Assembly: GCA_036918135.1 (NCBI GenBank)
Contig: JBALDB010000011.1
Location: 1-64,000, forward strand
Length of the DNA: 64,000 nucleotides
Source of the DNA: Nostoc sp.
GTDB taxonomy: Bacteria > Cyanobacteriota > Cyanobacteriia > Cyanobacteriales > Nostocaceae
Direction: 5' to 3'
The position numbers and the translations under genes are program-made. Positions 50,324-61,726 of the stretch are shown here, one piece after another (position 1 is the stretch's first letter; every line of letters begins with the position of its first letter). The notes under the pieces are model-generated. The model was not told the origin of the DNA. It saw only the letters and a program-made list of their open reading frames with translations, and made no database searches.

Positions 50324-51193
50324 ATGTCCACAACACCGACTACTCGATTAATTTTAGAGACTTTACTTCCCCATCTGAAGGTAGCAGCAGCCTATGCCCG
50401 TTTTCTGCAACCAAAAATTGCTGCACTTCCGGCTAAAGAACAAGGAAAAAACTTTTTTGCGGCTGCACTTACTGATGCAGATGTGGCAATTCAAAATATG
50501 GTAGAAGTAGTACTGCTGGGCAGTTTTCCAGAGATTCGCTTTTTTGGCGAAGAGTATGAAAGTTCTAGAAATACTAAGTATTTTCGTGCTACTGAACTTG
50601 GTTTGCAAGGTGATTATTTAGTTACACTTGACCCCATTGATGGCACGAAGTTTTACATGGATGGGCATTCTAATTACCAAATTATTCTTAGTATTCTAAA
50701 TGCAGATAATTTTGAGGCAGTAGTGGCAATTTCTCCTGGAGAAAATGTTTATTTTTATGCTTTTAGAGGTGAAGGTACTTTTAAAGGAACGCTGGAAATG
50801 AATTTAGAAGCCTGCACTCCTTTGGAGATTACATCGCCCAAACCTGCTATTTTGTTGGGATGGGGAATGAATGCGATCGCACCTCTACTAAAAGAACGCT
50901 ATCAAGTAATCGATATTGCCACTGATTATTCTAGTGAGATTCAAATTCCCAATCTCAATGGTATTCTTAGTGGTGATTTGAGTGGAGCAGTAATCAGAGC
51001 AGGCAAATTTATTGATGGTGCTGCACTGGCTTTTTTGGCAAAAGAAGCTGGCTATCTTGTCACTACTCTGGACGGTTCGACTTTACCGCCACTGTATACT
51101 TGTAAAAACTATAGCCTCCCAGGATTAATTGTAGCTGCGTCAAAATCCGTTCATCAAGATTTGCTGTCAGCGACGCAAAGCTTACTTGTTTGA
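50324..51193 (+). CDS. Inositol monophosphatase family protein
   Basis: TDAD, GEE, LDPIDGT. Confidence 0.85.
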   Translation: MSTTPTTRLILETLLPHLKVAAAYARFLQPKIAALPAKEQGKNFFAAALTDADVAIQNMVEVVLLGSFPEIRFFGEEYESSRNTKYFRATELGLQGDYLVTLDPIDGTKFYMDGHSNYQIILSILNADNFEAVVAISPGENVYFYAFRGEGTFKGTLEMNLEACTPLEITSPKPAILLGWGMNAIAPLLKERYQVIDIATDYSSEIQIPNLNGILSGDLSGAVIRAGKFIDGAALAFLAKEAGYLVTTLDGSTLPPLYTCKNYSLPGLIVAASKSVHQDLLSATQSLLV

Positions 51194-51276
51194 AGGCGTA
51201 TCCTATCACCTTTGATGGAGAAAAAGTGAAAAAGAAAAATTAAAAATTGATACTTAATTCTACTTGATTTTGCTTT

Positions 51277-51621
51277 TCAACTTTGGCTTTGTTTGTTCTG
51301 TGAGTCAGTTAAAAATTCTTGAGTGCAATTGACAAATTATTCTATTTCTGCAATTAACTTAATCACACCTTAATGCTCCTGCTGGAGAGCTTGTTGTTCT
51401 AGTTTTTCAACTGCTAGGTACATAGCTGTGGCTCCAGTATTGACACTAGCACCTTTGAGGTAATGAGCTTCTCGGACAATTTGCCCAAAATCATCAAGTG
51501 CGATCGCACTTTTTATCAGCTCTAAACGAGGTTTAATATCTCGAATTAAGAGTTGCAAGAGATTTAATTCAAATTGTGTGTCATTATCTGATACTTGATG
51601 CAGATATTCCCAATTGATTCT
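51277..51621 (-). pseudogene. Decayed Hpt domain in frame with the upstream hybrid kinase
   Basis: After the TAA at 51622-51624 the frame reads RINWEYLHQVSDNDTQFELNLLQ...AHYLKGAS...LEQ, then two further stops. Confidence 0.8.
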
Positions 51622-54600
51622 TTAGTCAACTAACTCGTTGTTTGTAGTGGAAACTGTCTGCTCATATTCGGCTACTACCTGTTGTGAAAGGATGATATCT
51701 GTCCAATGTTCTAGGATGCTTGCCAATTTTTCTTTCAACACTGGTTTACTTAGATAATCATCCATTCCCGCATTGAGACACTTTTGTTTGTCTTCTTTCA
51801 TCGCATTAGCTGTCATCGCAATTACCACAGGCCGACGATGACTGGCAAAAGCATTCTCTTGCCAATGATGAATTTCTTTCGTAGTTTCTAAACCATCCAG
51901 AATTGGCATGTGGCAATCCATTAAAATTAAATCGTAAGGAATTTTTTCTAATATCTGTAAAACTTCCTTACCATTGGCAACGACATCAGCTTTATACCCT
52001 AAAGTTTCGAGTTGTTTTAGGGTTACTTTCTGATTTACCAAATTATCTTCGGCTAGCAAAATTTTCAACTTAGATTGATTAGAGGAGTTAGGAGCTAACG
52101 ACTGAAAATTAAATGAAGTGGGAATACTTGAATTTCTACTTTGCAATTCAATAGTCGGTTGTTCTAATTGAGGGGTAATTTCTAAAATATTGAGCATCAA
52201 ATCCAGAAGCCGAGAGGCCTTAATGGGTTTGACTAAATAAGCAGTAAATCCAATTTTTAGAGCTTCCTGTACTTGATTTCGTTGATTAGTTGAGGCGAGG
52301 ATAATTAAAGGTATCTCAGCAAATGCAGAATTGGCTTTAATTTGTTCTCCTAATTTGATGCCATCTGTTTCGGGCATTAGCATATCAATTAAGGCGATAT
52401 CATAAAGATTTCCTTGCTCATAAGCTTTCTCAATCGCTTTGAGTGCAGCTGCTGCACTGTTAGCTCGATCTATCTGCATTCCCCAAGCGGTAGCTTGATG
52501 GTGGATGGTTTTGCAACTAATAGAGTTGTCATCTACTACTAAGGCGCGGCGATTGATTAAAAATGGGCGATTGCCTGACCTGAAAACAGGCTCCACTTGC
52601 TTGGCGAAAGGCACTTCAAACCAAAATTTAGATCCCCTGTCGATTTGACTTTCCACCCCAATTACTCCTCCCATCAAAGTCACTAGTTGTTTACAGATGG
52701 CTAATCCCAAGCCTGTACCACCATACTTACGAGTGGTAGAACCATCGACTTGGGTAAATGGCATAAAGAGTCTAAGTTGGTCTTCAGGACTAATACCAAG
52801 ACCCGTGTCTGTAATCGAAAAGTAAACGGTGACTGTAGTGGAGGAAAGGGAACGTAATTGTGCTTCCACTACTACTTCGCCAGCACTAGTAAACTTGATA
52901 GCATTACTAATTAGGTTCATGAGAATTTGCCGCAGTCTTCCAGCATCTCCTTGGAGGTGAATGGGGAGATTACGCTCAATCAGGGCAGCAATTTCTAATC
53001 CCTTATTATGGGCTGAGGGAGCTAATAATTCCAGAACTTCTTCAACACAGGTAGATAAGTTAAAATCTAGAGTTTCCAAAGCCATCTCTCCTGCTTCCAG
53101 CTTCGAGAGATCCAAAATTTCGTTGATTAAAGTCAATAAAGCTTCTCCACTAATGCGAATTGTTTCAATAAAATCTCGTTGTTCTGGGTCTAAGGGAGTA
53201 TCTAAGGCTAAACTAGTCATTCCCAATACGGCATTCATGGGAGTACGAATTTCATGACTCATATTCGCCAAAAAGGCACTTTTGGTCTGAGAAGCTAATT
53301 CAGCTTGGTAACGAGCAATTTCAAGTTCTTGTCGTTGACGAGTTTCTGCTGCTAATAGTTGGGCTTGGGTTAAGGCAATACCTACTTGGTCGGCTATTTC
53401 CCGCAAAAGATGAGTTTCAAAGCTAGACCATTGGTGGGAATGGGCGCACTGATGGACTATGAGCAAACCGCGAAGTTCTTCTTTGACCAGAATTGGCACA
53501 ACTAAATTGACTTTCACCCCAAACTGTTGCATTAATTGCAGCTGACTTTGTTGGACTTCCAGCAAATCCAAATTAGCCAATCCCATAATTCGTCCTTGAC
53601 GGTACTGCTGTAGATAGTATTGTTGTAGGTATTCGGCTTGAAAGTAGGGGGTAATAATGTTTTGCTCCTTAATTGCTGGTAAGCCAGAAACTACTGCTTC
53701 AATAACAGCAGTTGTAGACTCATCTGGTAAGAGCTGATAGATTAATACTCGGTCAGTTTGGAGAATTTTTTGCACCTCCTTGACAGTGATTTCCAGAATT
53801 TCTTCGATTTGCAAAGACTGGCGAATTTTCAAGGTGATTTCCGTAAAAAGTTGCGATCGCAAGTTTTGGCGTTGTAATTCCTCTTCAGCCTGTTTACGTT
53901 GGATAAATTGCCCGACTTGCTCGCCAATAAAATTCATCGTTTTTGCCAATTCTGCGTCAGGTTGTTGGATTTGACGATTAAAGCAGGTAATGACGCCAAG
54001 AATATTGTTACCAGTGCGGAGGGGAAAACCGAAAGCTGCATGTAGTCCTACTTGAGGGGCGATTTTCAAGCTCGGAAAATTCAAATCTTTAACGATATCA
54101 GCAATCCAGACAGGTTCAGAACTAGCCCAAACACGGCCAGGTAGTCCAATTCCTAAAGCAAAAGTCGTTTGCCGCTTCAATGCTGCAAACTCTTGCACCT
54201 CAAGGGATGGTTTGTGCCAGATATCGAAAAAACGCAGCACATTTGCTTCCCGGTCTACCATCCAAATTTCGCCCAAATCCCATGCCAAACTTTCACAGAT
54301 TCCTTGGAGAATTTGAGGCATCGCTTCCTTGATTGTGGTAGAATCTGCTAAAACGCGGGTTGCAGCGTATTGTGCAGTTAAATGTCGTTCGGCTCGTTTG
54401 CGCTCAGTGATATCAATACCTGTGCTAACAATGTACTCTACTGAACCGTCGTAGTCTTTTAAGATGGTATTCGACCAGGCAATTAGTCGCCGACTACCAT
54501 CCTTGATTACCCAATAGTTTTCGTATTCATGAAAGCTCTTACCAGCTCGCAATTGCTCAAAAACTGCTTTGACTGACTCTACTTCTTCAGAAAGTAACAA

Positions 54601-55947
54601 CAAATTCCAGAAATACCTACCTCTTACCTCATCGAAGGAGTAACCTGTTGTTTGCTCACAAGCTTGATTAAAACGAACGATTTGCCCTTGGGAGTTGGTA
54701 ACTAGTACTAAGGCGCTGGCTGTATCCAGGACTGTTGAAATAAAGTTGCGTTCTTGGTTTAAAGTTTCTTCTGTTCTTTTGCGCTCACCAACCTCATGAT
54801 AAATCGAGTAGTAGATTACACCAAGAATTAAAAAACTTAGAAAAATGGCGATCGCAATTGTTATAGTTGTTTTTCGCGTCCAAGCTTTTGTTGCTTGTGA
54901 TAGTTGCTGACGCTGCTCTGTTTCCTGATTCTCTATCTGATTGCTCACCTTGCGGATATCATCCATCAGATTTTGACTATCATTTGTCGCTAGTACCTGC
55001 GAGGTCGCCTCTAATCCCTTGTTTTGGCGCAAGTCGATAGTCTGTTTTAGTTGAGTAAACTTAGCCGAGATCAGAACTTCAAGCGTTGCAAGCTGTTTTT
55101 GTTCGTTTGGTTGACCTGCGGCTAAATTCTTTAGTGTTGTAATTTCTCGGTCGACGTTATTAAGTGCTACTTGATACGCTTTTAAATAAATTTCTTTTCC
55201 AGTGAGGATGTAACCACGTTGGACACTTTCGGCATCCTTTGTCTGTGACAGTAGTTTTTCTAAACTGTTGATTTTTTTATTAATGTTTTTTATTATACTC
55301 TGATTATAATTAGATACTCTTGTATTTTGATAAGAAACTGCGCCAATCACAACTAAAAGTATCGACGCCAAGCCAAAACCTGCCACAATCTTTTTGAAAA
55401 ATTTCTGGCGTAGTTTCTTTGATTGTTTGCTTTTATTAGTCACAAGCACTAAACTTGCTAAGTTGCGATGCAATTCCAGTTGCTTGATAACTTGACGGGC
55501 TAAAGTTCGTAATGCTTCTATCTGATCTGAAGTCAGCGTTCGTGGTACATAGTCAATTACGCAAAGTGTTCCCAATGAATATCCCTCAGCATTAGTTAGA
55601 GGTACACCAGCATAAAACCGGATTTTTGGATCGGAAGTCACTAATGGATTTGCGGCAAACCGTTCGTCCTTCGTGGCATCAGGTACAACAAGAACATCAG
55701 GTTGTAAAATAGCATGGGCACAGAGCGCCTGGTCTCGATGTGTTTCTGGGATATTCAAACCAACTTTTGACTTAAACCACTGGCGATTTGTATCAACTAA
55801 GCTAATTAAGGCAATAGGAGTTTGGCAAATATACGAGGCTAAACGAGTGAGGTCGTCAAAGGCGGCTTCAGGTGGCGTATCGAGGATTTTATACTCCAAA
55901 AGTGTTTCGATTCTCTGTGCTTCGCGATCGGGTAATGGTGCTTTCAT
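51622..55947 (-). CDS. Hybrid histidine kinase (GAF-TM-CHASE3-TM-PAS-GAF-GAF-HisKA-HATPase-REC-REC)
   Basis: [21 protein letters not shown], two REC domains (IDMLMP, MDCHMP), CHASE3-like [13 protein letters not shown]. Confidence 0.92.
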   Translation of the reverse strand: MKAPLPDREAQRIETLLEYKILDTPPEAAFDDLTRLASYICQTPIALISLVDTNRQWFKSKVGLNIPETHRDQALCAHAILQPDVLVVPDATKDERFAANPLVTSDPKIRFYAGVPLTNAEGYSLGTLCVIDYVPRTLTSDQIEALRTLARQVIKQLELHRNLASLVLVTNKSKQSKKLRQKFFKKIVAGFGLASILLVVIGAVSYQNTRVSNYNQSIIKNINKKINSLEKLLSQTKDAESVQRGYILTGKEIYLKAYQVALNNVDREITTLKNLAAGQPNEQKQLATLEVLISAKFTQLKQTIDLRQNKGLEATSQVLATNDSQNLMDDIRKVSNQIENQETEQRQQLSQATKAWTRKTTITIAIAIFLSFLILGVIYYSIYHEVGERKRTEETLNQERNFISTVLDTASALVLVTNSQGQIVRFNQACEQTTGYSFDEVRGRYFWNLLLLSEEVESVKAVFEQLRAGKSFHEYENYWVIKDGSRRLIAWSNTILKDYDGSVEYIVSTGIDITERKRAERHLTAQYAATRVLADSTTIKEAMPQILQGICESLAWDLGEIWMVDREANVLRFFDIWHKPSLEVQEFAALKRQTTFALGIGLPGRVWASSEPVWIADIVKDLNFPSLKIAPQVGLHAAFGFPLRTGNNILGVITCFNRQIQQPDAELAKTMNFIGEQVGQFIQRKQAEEELQRQNLRSQLFTEITLKIRQSLQIEEILEITVKEVQKILQTDRVLIYQLLPDESTTAVIEAVVSGLPAIKEQNIITPYFQAEYLQQYYLQQYRQGRIMGLANLDLLEVQQSQLQLMQQFGVKVNLVVPILVKEELRGLLIVHQCAHSHQWSSFETHLLREIADQVGIALTQAQLLAAETRQRQELEIARYQAELASQTKSAFLANMSHEIRTPMNAVLGMTSLALDTPLDPEQRDFIETIRISGEALLTLINEILDLSKLEAGEMALETLDFNLSTCVEEVLELLAPSAHNKGLEIAALIERNLPIHLQGDAGRLRQILMNLISNAIKFTSAGEVVVEAQLRSLSSTTVTVYFSITDTGLGISPEDQLRLFMPFTQVDGSTTRKYGGTGLGLAICKQLVTLMGGVIGVESQIDRGSKFWFEVPFAKQVEPVFRSGNRPFLINRRALVVDDNSISCKTIHHQATAWGMQIDRANSAAAALKAIEKAYEQGNLYDIALIDMLMPETDGIKLGEQIKANSAFAEIPLIILASTNQRNQVQEALKIGFTAYLVKPIKASRLLDLMLNILEITPQLEQPTIELQSRNSSIPTSFNFQSLAPNSSNQSKLKILLAEDNLVNQKVTLKQLETLGYKADVVANGKEVLQILEKIPYDLILMDCHMPILDGLETTKEIHHWQENAFASHRRPVVIAMTANAMKEDKQKCLNAGMDDYLSKPVLKEKLASILEHWTDIILSQQVVAEYEQTVSTTNNELVD

Positions 55948-56160
55948 CCTTAAGCCTTATCTACAGGGGACTGGGAACTTGAGAATAGGGACTGGGGACT
56001 AGGAAATAAATATTTAGGAATACTTTGTCAGTACCCAATACCTAGTACTCAGTACCCAATACTCAATTCACTCAACAAACTACTTTAATTAATGACAATA
56101 GTTGAGTTAAAAGCGTTAGCGTAATTTCACTGAGTTCAACCTTAGTCACAAATTGGTCAA

Positions 56161-56484
56161 ATGATTAAGTCGTTGTTGTATTTTTTGTGGGCTGGTTTAT
56201 TTGAAATCACGGGTGGTTACTTAATCTGGTTATGGTTGCGTGAAGCTAAGCCATTCTGGTGGGGAATATTGGGTGGAATTGCTTTAGCTGTCTATGGGGT
56301 TATTGCAACTCTTCAACCAGCAAATTTTGGCAGAGTGTATGCAGCTTATGGTGGTGTTTTTATTGCAATGGCAATGCTTTGGGGTTGGAAGGTAGACGGT
56401 GTAATTCCAGACCGCTACGACCTAATTGGATCTGGTTTAGCTTTAGTAAGTGTATTAATTATCATGTTTGCACCCAGAGCTTAA
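56161..56484 (+). CDS. YnfA/UPF0060 family small membrane protein
   Basis: AGLFEITGGYLIW, FGRVYAAYGGVFI. Confidence 0.9.
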   Translation: MIKSLLYFLWAGLFEITGGYLIWLWLREAKPFWWGILGGIALAVYGVIATLQPANFGRVYAAYGGVFIAMAMLWGWKVDGVIPDRYDLIGSGLALVSVLIIMFAPRA

Positions 56485-56582
56485 GTAAGATTACTAAATT
56501 ATTGCTGACACAAAACGACAAGGGGAAGAGGGATTAACCCCTTATCCCCTTGTCCTGTTGGATGACCAAGCCCCAAAGGGGC

Positions 56583-56781
56583 GGGTGTAGGGTGTATGTA
56601 GGGTGTAGGGGGAAGAGGACTCTAGCCCCAAAGAAAAAGGATATAAGCCCCTTCTTTCAAGAATGGAAAAAGAAAAAATGTATTTCGAGACATGTAGTGC
56701 GTAGAAATACGACGTCCTTGTTTGAAACCCCTACTTTCAAGTATGGGGTTCCCTACACCCCACACCCTACCCCTTACACCC
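56583..56781. repeat. About 200-bp element bounded by GGGTGTA.../...TACACCC inverted tracts (related to 10476-10526)
   Basis: Directly visible inverted heptamer tracts. Confidence 0.6.
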
Positions 56782-56995
56782 TTTCATCGATAAACTTTAT
56801 GATGATTGATTTTCAAAATACGATAACCGCAGACAAAATTCCCAAGTTTTCTTAGCAACTACGGACTGACATGTAACTATACGGTTTACAAATTCTTGAA
56901 ATACTGATTAAACTCTCACAAACTCAAATAGATAATTATACTTTTGTTAACATTTCAAAAAAAAGAAAGTAGAGTAGCTTTGAAGACAAAATAGA

Positions 56996-57009
56996 GTATC
57001 AAACAGTAC
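56996..57009 (+). promoter_or_regulatory. Putative NtcA box GTA-N8-TAC upstream of amt
   Basis: GTATCAAACAGTAC about 50 bp before the amt start; no -10 box seen at the canonical 22-23 nt spacing. Confidence 0.55.
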
Positions 57010-57060
57010 TGAAATATATTAAAGTAATACAAATTTGTTGGTGCTTAGGAACAAAAAGAA

Positions 57061-58479
57061 GTGTTGAAGAAAGTTGTCATGATTGGGGCTATCACCCTAC
57101 TAATTTCGGGAGGGCCGCTGATGGGCAATGCTTTTGCCCAAACACCAGCAGCTGCTCCCCCTGCTGCTGATAGTGGAGACACAGCATTCATGCTGATTTC
57201 TGCAGCACTCGTGCTGCTAATGACACCAGGGTTAGCATTCTTCTATGGTGGATTCGTACGATCGCGCAATATCCTAAATACATTGATGATGAGCTTTGTA
57301 CTAATGGCGATCGTCGGAGTTACCTGGGTTCTCTGGGGTTATAGTCTTGCATTTGCGCCGGGTTTACCATTTATCGGTGGATTGCAGTGGTTTGGGTTGA
57401 ATGGTGTCGGGCTAGAGACAACCGATTATCTCAAAGGCTCAAACCCGGCGGAAGTTGTTTCTTATGCAACAACGATTCCCCACCAAGCATACATGATTTA
57501 CCAAGCCATGTTTGCCATTATCACCCCAGCCTTAATTTCTGGAGCGATCGTTGAGCGGATAAGTTTTCGCGCCTATTCGCTGTTTGTACTGCTGTGGTCA
57601 ACCTTTGTTTACGCTCCCCTAGCCCACATGGTATGGGCCAAAGGTGGATTTTTAGGTTTGGCTGGTGGTTTGGGTGCCCTCGACTTTGCAGGCGGTACCG
57701 TAGTTCACATTAGTTCTGGTGTTTCTGCTTTAGTAGCAGCGCTCGTCCTTAGGCCTCGGAAAACCCATCCCGATCGCCTGAGTCCGCCCCATAACGTTCC
57801 TTTCATTTTACTGGGTGCTGGCTTGCTGTGGTTTGGCTGGTTCGGCTTCAACGCTGGCAGTGCCCTATCCGTTGCTAGTGGAACTTCTGGTAATTTGTCA
57901 ACAAATGTGGCAACAACAGCCTTTGTCGCTACTAATACGGCGACGGCAGGGGCAGCTTTAATGTGGCTAATTTTGGAAACAGTTTTACGCGGTAAACCAA
58001 CTGCTGTGGGAGCAGCTACAGGAGCCGTTGCTGGTTTGGTGGGTGTAACTCCCGCCGCCGGATTTGTTACCCCATTATCAGCGCTTTTAATTGGTTTTAT
58101 CACCGCCTTTGTCTGCTTCTATGCAATTAGTTTTAAGCACAAGCTACTCATTGATGATGCTTTAGACACGTATCCGGTGCATGGCGTTGGTGGGACTGTG
58201 GGGGCGATTTTAACAGCAATATTTGCCACTACTCAAGTCAACTCAGCAGGGAAAGAGGGAGTGCTACGTGGTAATTTGGGTGAATTAGGAGTTCAACTAG
58301 TAGCAATTATCGTTGCTTATCTAATAGCAGCAGTTGGTACCTGGATTATTCTGAAAATTATCGATGCTACAGTCGGGTTACGAGTCAACGAGGAACAAGA
58401 ATTGCAAGGTTTGGATATCAACGAACACGGCGAAGAAGGTTACAATTCTGAGTTTGGCGGCGATCGTCCTATTCAGTAA
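57061..58479 (+). CDS. amt: Ammonium transporter
   Basis: LMTPGLAFFYGG, DFAGGTVVH, WFGWFGFNAGS, DDALD...VHG. Confidence 0.96.
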   Translation: MLKKVVMIGAITLLISGGPLMGNAFAQTPAAAPPAADSGDTAFMLISAALVLLMTPGLAFFYGGFVRSRNILNTLMMSFVLMAIVGVTWVLWGYSLAFAPGLPFIGGLQWFGLNGVGLETTDYLKGSNPAEVVSYATTIPHQAYMIYQAMFAIITPALISGAIVERISFRAYSLFVLLWSTFVYAPLAHMVWAKGGFLGLAGGLGALDFAGGTVVHISSGVSALVAALVLRPRKTHPDRLSPPHNVPFILLGAGLLWFGWFGFNAGSALSVASGTSGNLSTNVATTAFVATNTATAGAALMWLILETVLRGKPTAVGAATGAVAGLVGVTPAAGFVTPLSALLIGFITAFVCFYAISFKHKLLIDDALDTYPVHGVGGTVGAILTAIFATTQVNSAGKEGVLRGNLGELGVQLVAIIVAYLIAAVGTWIILKIIDATVGLRVNEEQELQGLDINEHGEEGYNSEFGGDRPIQ

Positions 58480-58687
58480 TGAATGGTGAGTTAGGAGCCT
58501 CGCGGAGACGTTAGGAGTAGAGACGCGATTAACCCTTGTCTGTACAAAAGTTAGAAATTATCCTCTCTGCTCCCCTGGTTACTAAGCGAAGTCGAAGTAT
58601 GCTCCTCATTCCCTATTTTCATTAAGTGTGGTTTTTGAGTGCTAGCGTTAAAATCTGATTCAAAATAATTGGTAAATTTCGCTAGTC

Positions 58688-59557
58688 GTGTCTACTTCTT
58701 TTAAAACCTTTCCTACCTGGGCATTTATCTCGCTGTTAACCAACGGCATACTATTGTTGGCGGTCATTCTGCTAATTTGGCAACAGCAGAGATTGACCGC
58801 TTTTTTTGGGGGGGTTATAACGTCCCCACAGCAAATCAACCTCAACAACTCGCGTCCAGCTGTTACACCTGATTTAGGTCGCCGTCACCAACTAACTTAC
58901 CAACAGTGGGTAGACATTCTTAAACAAGAGGCTAAGGTAGCCGCAGATCGGCGTCCTTTGCACTTAACTATACTGGCGGGAGATTCTCTAAGTTTGTGGT
59001 TTCCGACTGAGTTATTACCTGAAGGGAAAAATTGGCTCAATCAAGGAATTTCTGGCGAAACCACCAAGGGACTTTTAAAAAGATTGAATATATTTGAGCG
59101 CACCCAGCCGGAGGTGATTTTTGTGATGATTGGGATTAATGACCTAATTCGCGGGACGAACGACAAGGTTATTTTAAATAATTACCAAGAAATTATCAGT
59201 TACCTGCAAAAGACACATCCCACCACCGAAATAGTTGTCCAGTCAATTTTGCCGCATAGTGCCCAGGAAGTAACTTGGCAAGGACGAGATAAACTTTTGG
59301 CTATTAATAATAGTCGTATCCACCGATTGAATCAGCAACTACAAGCCATATCTGCCAAAAAAGGTGTGAAATTTCTCGATTTGTACCCCTTGTTTACCAA
59401 CACCCAAGGTAATCTTCGCCAGGAATTTACTACCGATGGCTTACACTTAAATCGTGAAGGCTATATAGTTTGGCGTTCGGCATTGCAGATTTATAGCGAT
59501 ATGGAATTAAAACCCCAACATCAACGTGCTTCGGGCAGCGAAAAACACAAGAAGTAA
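58688..59557 (+). CDS. SGNH/GDSL hydrolase
   Basis: GDSL, NQGISG, GIND, DGLH. Confidence 0.9.
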   Translation: MSTSFKTFPTWAFISLLTNGILLLAVILLIWQQQRLTAFFGGVITSPQQINLNNSRPAVTPDLGRRHQLTYQQWVDILKQEAKVAADRRPLHLTILAGDSLSLWFPTELLPEGKNWLNQGISGETTKGLLKRLNIFERTQPEVIFVMIGINDLIRGTNDKVILNNYQEIISYLQKTHPTTEIVVQSILPHSAQEVTWQGRDKLLAINNSRIHRLNQQLQAISAKKGVKFLDLYPLFTNTQGNLRQEFTTDGLHLNREGYIVWRSALQIYSDMELKPQHQRASGSEKHKK

Positions 59558-59635
59558 TATGTTTGAATAGAAGTCTGTATAAATCGTGTCTTGGCACGAG
59601 AGAATAAAAAATAGTGGTTTAAGTAGACAAGTCTA

Positions 59636-60844
59636 ATGGATACAAAAGCTTTTAAGCGCACGCTCCAACATTCGGAAAATTACAATCGCAAGGGGTTTGG
59701 TCATCAAGCAGAAGTTACTACCCAGTTGCAGTCTGAGTATCAAAGTAACTTGATTCAGGAAATTCGCGATCGCAATTACACTCTGCAACGGGGTGATGTC
59801 ACCATCCGACTAGCGCAAGCCTTTGGCTTTTGTTGGGGTGTAGAACGTGCTGTAGCTATGGCCTATGAAACCCGTCAGCACTTCCCTACAGAACGTATCT
59901 GGATTACTAACGAGATTATTCACAACCCTTCTGTCAATCAGCGGATGCAGGAGATGGAGGTAAAATTTATCCCCGTTGAAGCAAATCAAAAAGACTTTTC
60001 TGTTGTTGATATTGGTGATGTTGTCATATTACCTGCTTTTGGGGCTAGCGTTCAAGAGATGCAGATACTCCACGAAAAAAGCTGCAAAATTGTTGATACA
60101 ACTTGCCCTTGGGTATCTAAAGTTTGGAATACAGTAGAAAAGCACAAAAAAGTTGATTATACTTCAATTATTCACGGTAAATATAAACACGAAGAAACGG
60201 TTGCAACGAGTTCCTTTGCTGGTAAGTATTTAATTATCTTGAATTTATCAGAAGCAGAATATGTTGCTAATTATATTATCAACGGTGGGAATCGTGAAGA
60301 ATTTTTGCAAAAATTTGCCAAAGCATGTTCGCCAGGATTTGACCCCGATCGCGATTTAGGAAAAGTTGGTATTGCTAATCAAACTACCATGCTTAAAGGT
60401 GAAACCGAGCGAATCGGTAAGCTTTTTGAGCGTACTATGTTGCAGAAGTATGGCCCTACCGAATTAACTCAGCATTTCCAAAGCTTCAATACTATTTGTG
60501 ATGCCACCCAAGAACGGCAAGATGCAATGTTGGAATTAGTGGAAGATAATTTAGATTTAATAGTAGTAATTGGCGGTTTTAATTCTTCAAATACTACTCA
60601 ATTGCAACAAATTGCTTTTGAGAGGGGAATTCCTTCTTATCACATTGATAGCGTTCAACGCTTGAAATCAGCAAATTCAATTGAACATCGGTTATTAAAT
60701 GGACAATTAACCATTACAGAAAACTGGTTACCAAATGGAGAAATTATTGTGGGAATTACTTCTGGTGCTTCCACCCCAGATAAGGTAGTAGAAGATGTGA
60801 TTGAAAAGATTTTTGCATTGAAAGCAACAGCAAGTCTGGTGTAA
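59636..60844 (+). CDS. ispH: 4-hydroxy-3-methylbut-2-enyl diphosphate reductase
   Basis: [31 protein letters not shown]. Confidence 0.96.
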   Translation: MDTKAFKRTLQHSENYNRKGFGHQAEVTTQLQSEYQSNLIQEIRDRNYTLQRGDVTIRLAQAFGFCWGVERAVAMAYETRQHFPTERIWITNEIIHNPSVNQRMQEMEVKFIPVEANQKDFSVVDIGDVVILPAFGASVQEMQILHEKSCKIVDTTCPWVSKVWNTVEKHKKVDYTSIIHGKYKHEETVATSSFAGKYLIILNLSEAEYVANYIINGGNREEFLQKFAKACSPGFDPDRDLGKVGIANQTTMLKGETERIGKLFERTMLQKYGPTELTQHFQSFNTICDATQERQDAMLELVEDNLDLIVVIGGFNSSNTTQLQQIAFERGIPSYHIDSVQRLKSANSIEHRLLNGQLTITENWLPNGEIIVGITSGASTPDKVVEDVIEKIFALKATASLV

Positions 60845-60933
60845 AAAGGACTGGTAATTGGGGATTGGTTGAGAAAAACTCTTCCCTAGTCGCCAGTTTC
60901 TCATCTGTACAAATTTCTGAGAAACTCAAAAAA

Positions 60934-61725
60934 ATGACTATTTATGAGCAAATTGGCAAAAGCTATGATTTGACTCGTTGTGCTGACCCTGAAATTGCTA
61001 AACGATTAGCTATTAAACTTCAGATAAAATCAGATTCCTCATATTTAGATGTGGCATGTGGCACAGGAAATTATACACTAGCTTTAGCAAAACAGGCTGG
61101 TATTTGGCATGGACTAGACCAATCAAAAAAGATGATTAATGCTGCTATTAATAAGAGTAATGCTATAGCTTGGCAAGTTGGAGAAGCAGAGGCATTACCT
61201 TATCATAATTGCAGTTTTTCTGGTGTCTTATGCACGCTAGCAATACATCATTTTGCTGCATTAACTTCAGCATTTCAAGAAATTTATCGTGTTTTAAGGG
61301 CTGGTTGTTTCGTATTATTTACTGCTACACCAGAGCAAATGAGTAAATATTGGTTAGTTGAATATTTTCCAGAAGCTATATATAAATCTGCTGAACAGAT
61401 GCCAAGTTTTGAAAGGATCAAAGAATCTCTGAAAGAAGCAGGTTTTAAATCAGTAGATATCGAACTTTATTATATTTCAGAAAGTTTGCAAGACCTATTT
61501 TTATATAGTGGAAAACATCGTCCAGAAATATATTTAGATGAAAATGTGCGTTCTGGAATTTCTACCTTTGCTTTGCTAGCTTCGGCGAAAGAAATTGCAG
61601 CCGGATGTGAAAAGCTAGCAGCAGATATTCATACAGGACGTATCACAGAGATTGTCAAAAAATATGAAAGCGACCAAGGAGATTACTTATTTGTAATTGC
61701 TGAGAAAGTATTAATCATGAATTAG
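60934..61725 (+). CDS. Class I SAM-dependent methyltransferase
   Basis: LDVACGTGNY, AEALP, LAIHHF. Confidence 0.85.
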   Translation: MTIYEQIGKSYDLTRCADPEIAKRLAIKLQIKSDSSYLDVACGTGNYTLALAKQAGIWHGLDQSKKMINAAINKSNAIAWQVGEAEALPYHNCSFSGVLCTLAIHHFAALTSAFQEIYRVLRAGCFVLFTATPEQMSKYWLVEYFPEAIYKSAEQMPSFERIKESLKEAGFKSVDIELYYISESLQDLFLYSGKHRPEIYLDENVRSGISTFALLASAKEIAAGCEKLAADIHTGRITEIVKKYESDQGDYLFVIAEKVLIMN

Positions 61726-61726
61726 C

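Noticed and set aside
56550..56855. 101-aa ORF
   Set aside because: It spans the GGGTGTA/TACACCC repeat element and is not protein-like.
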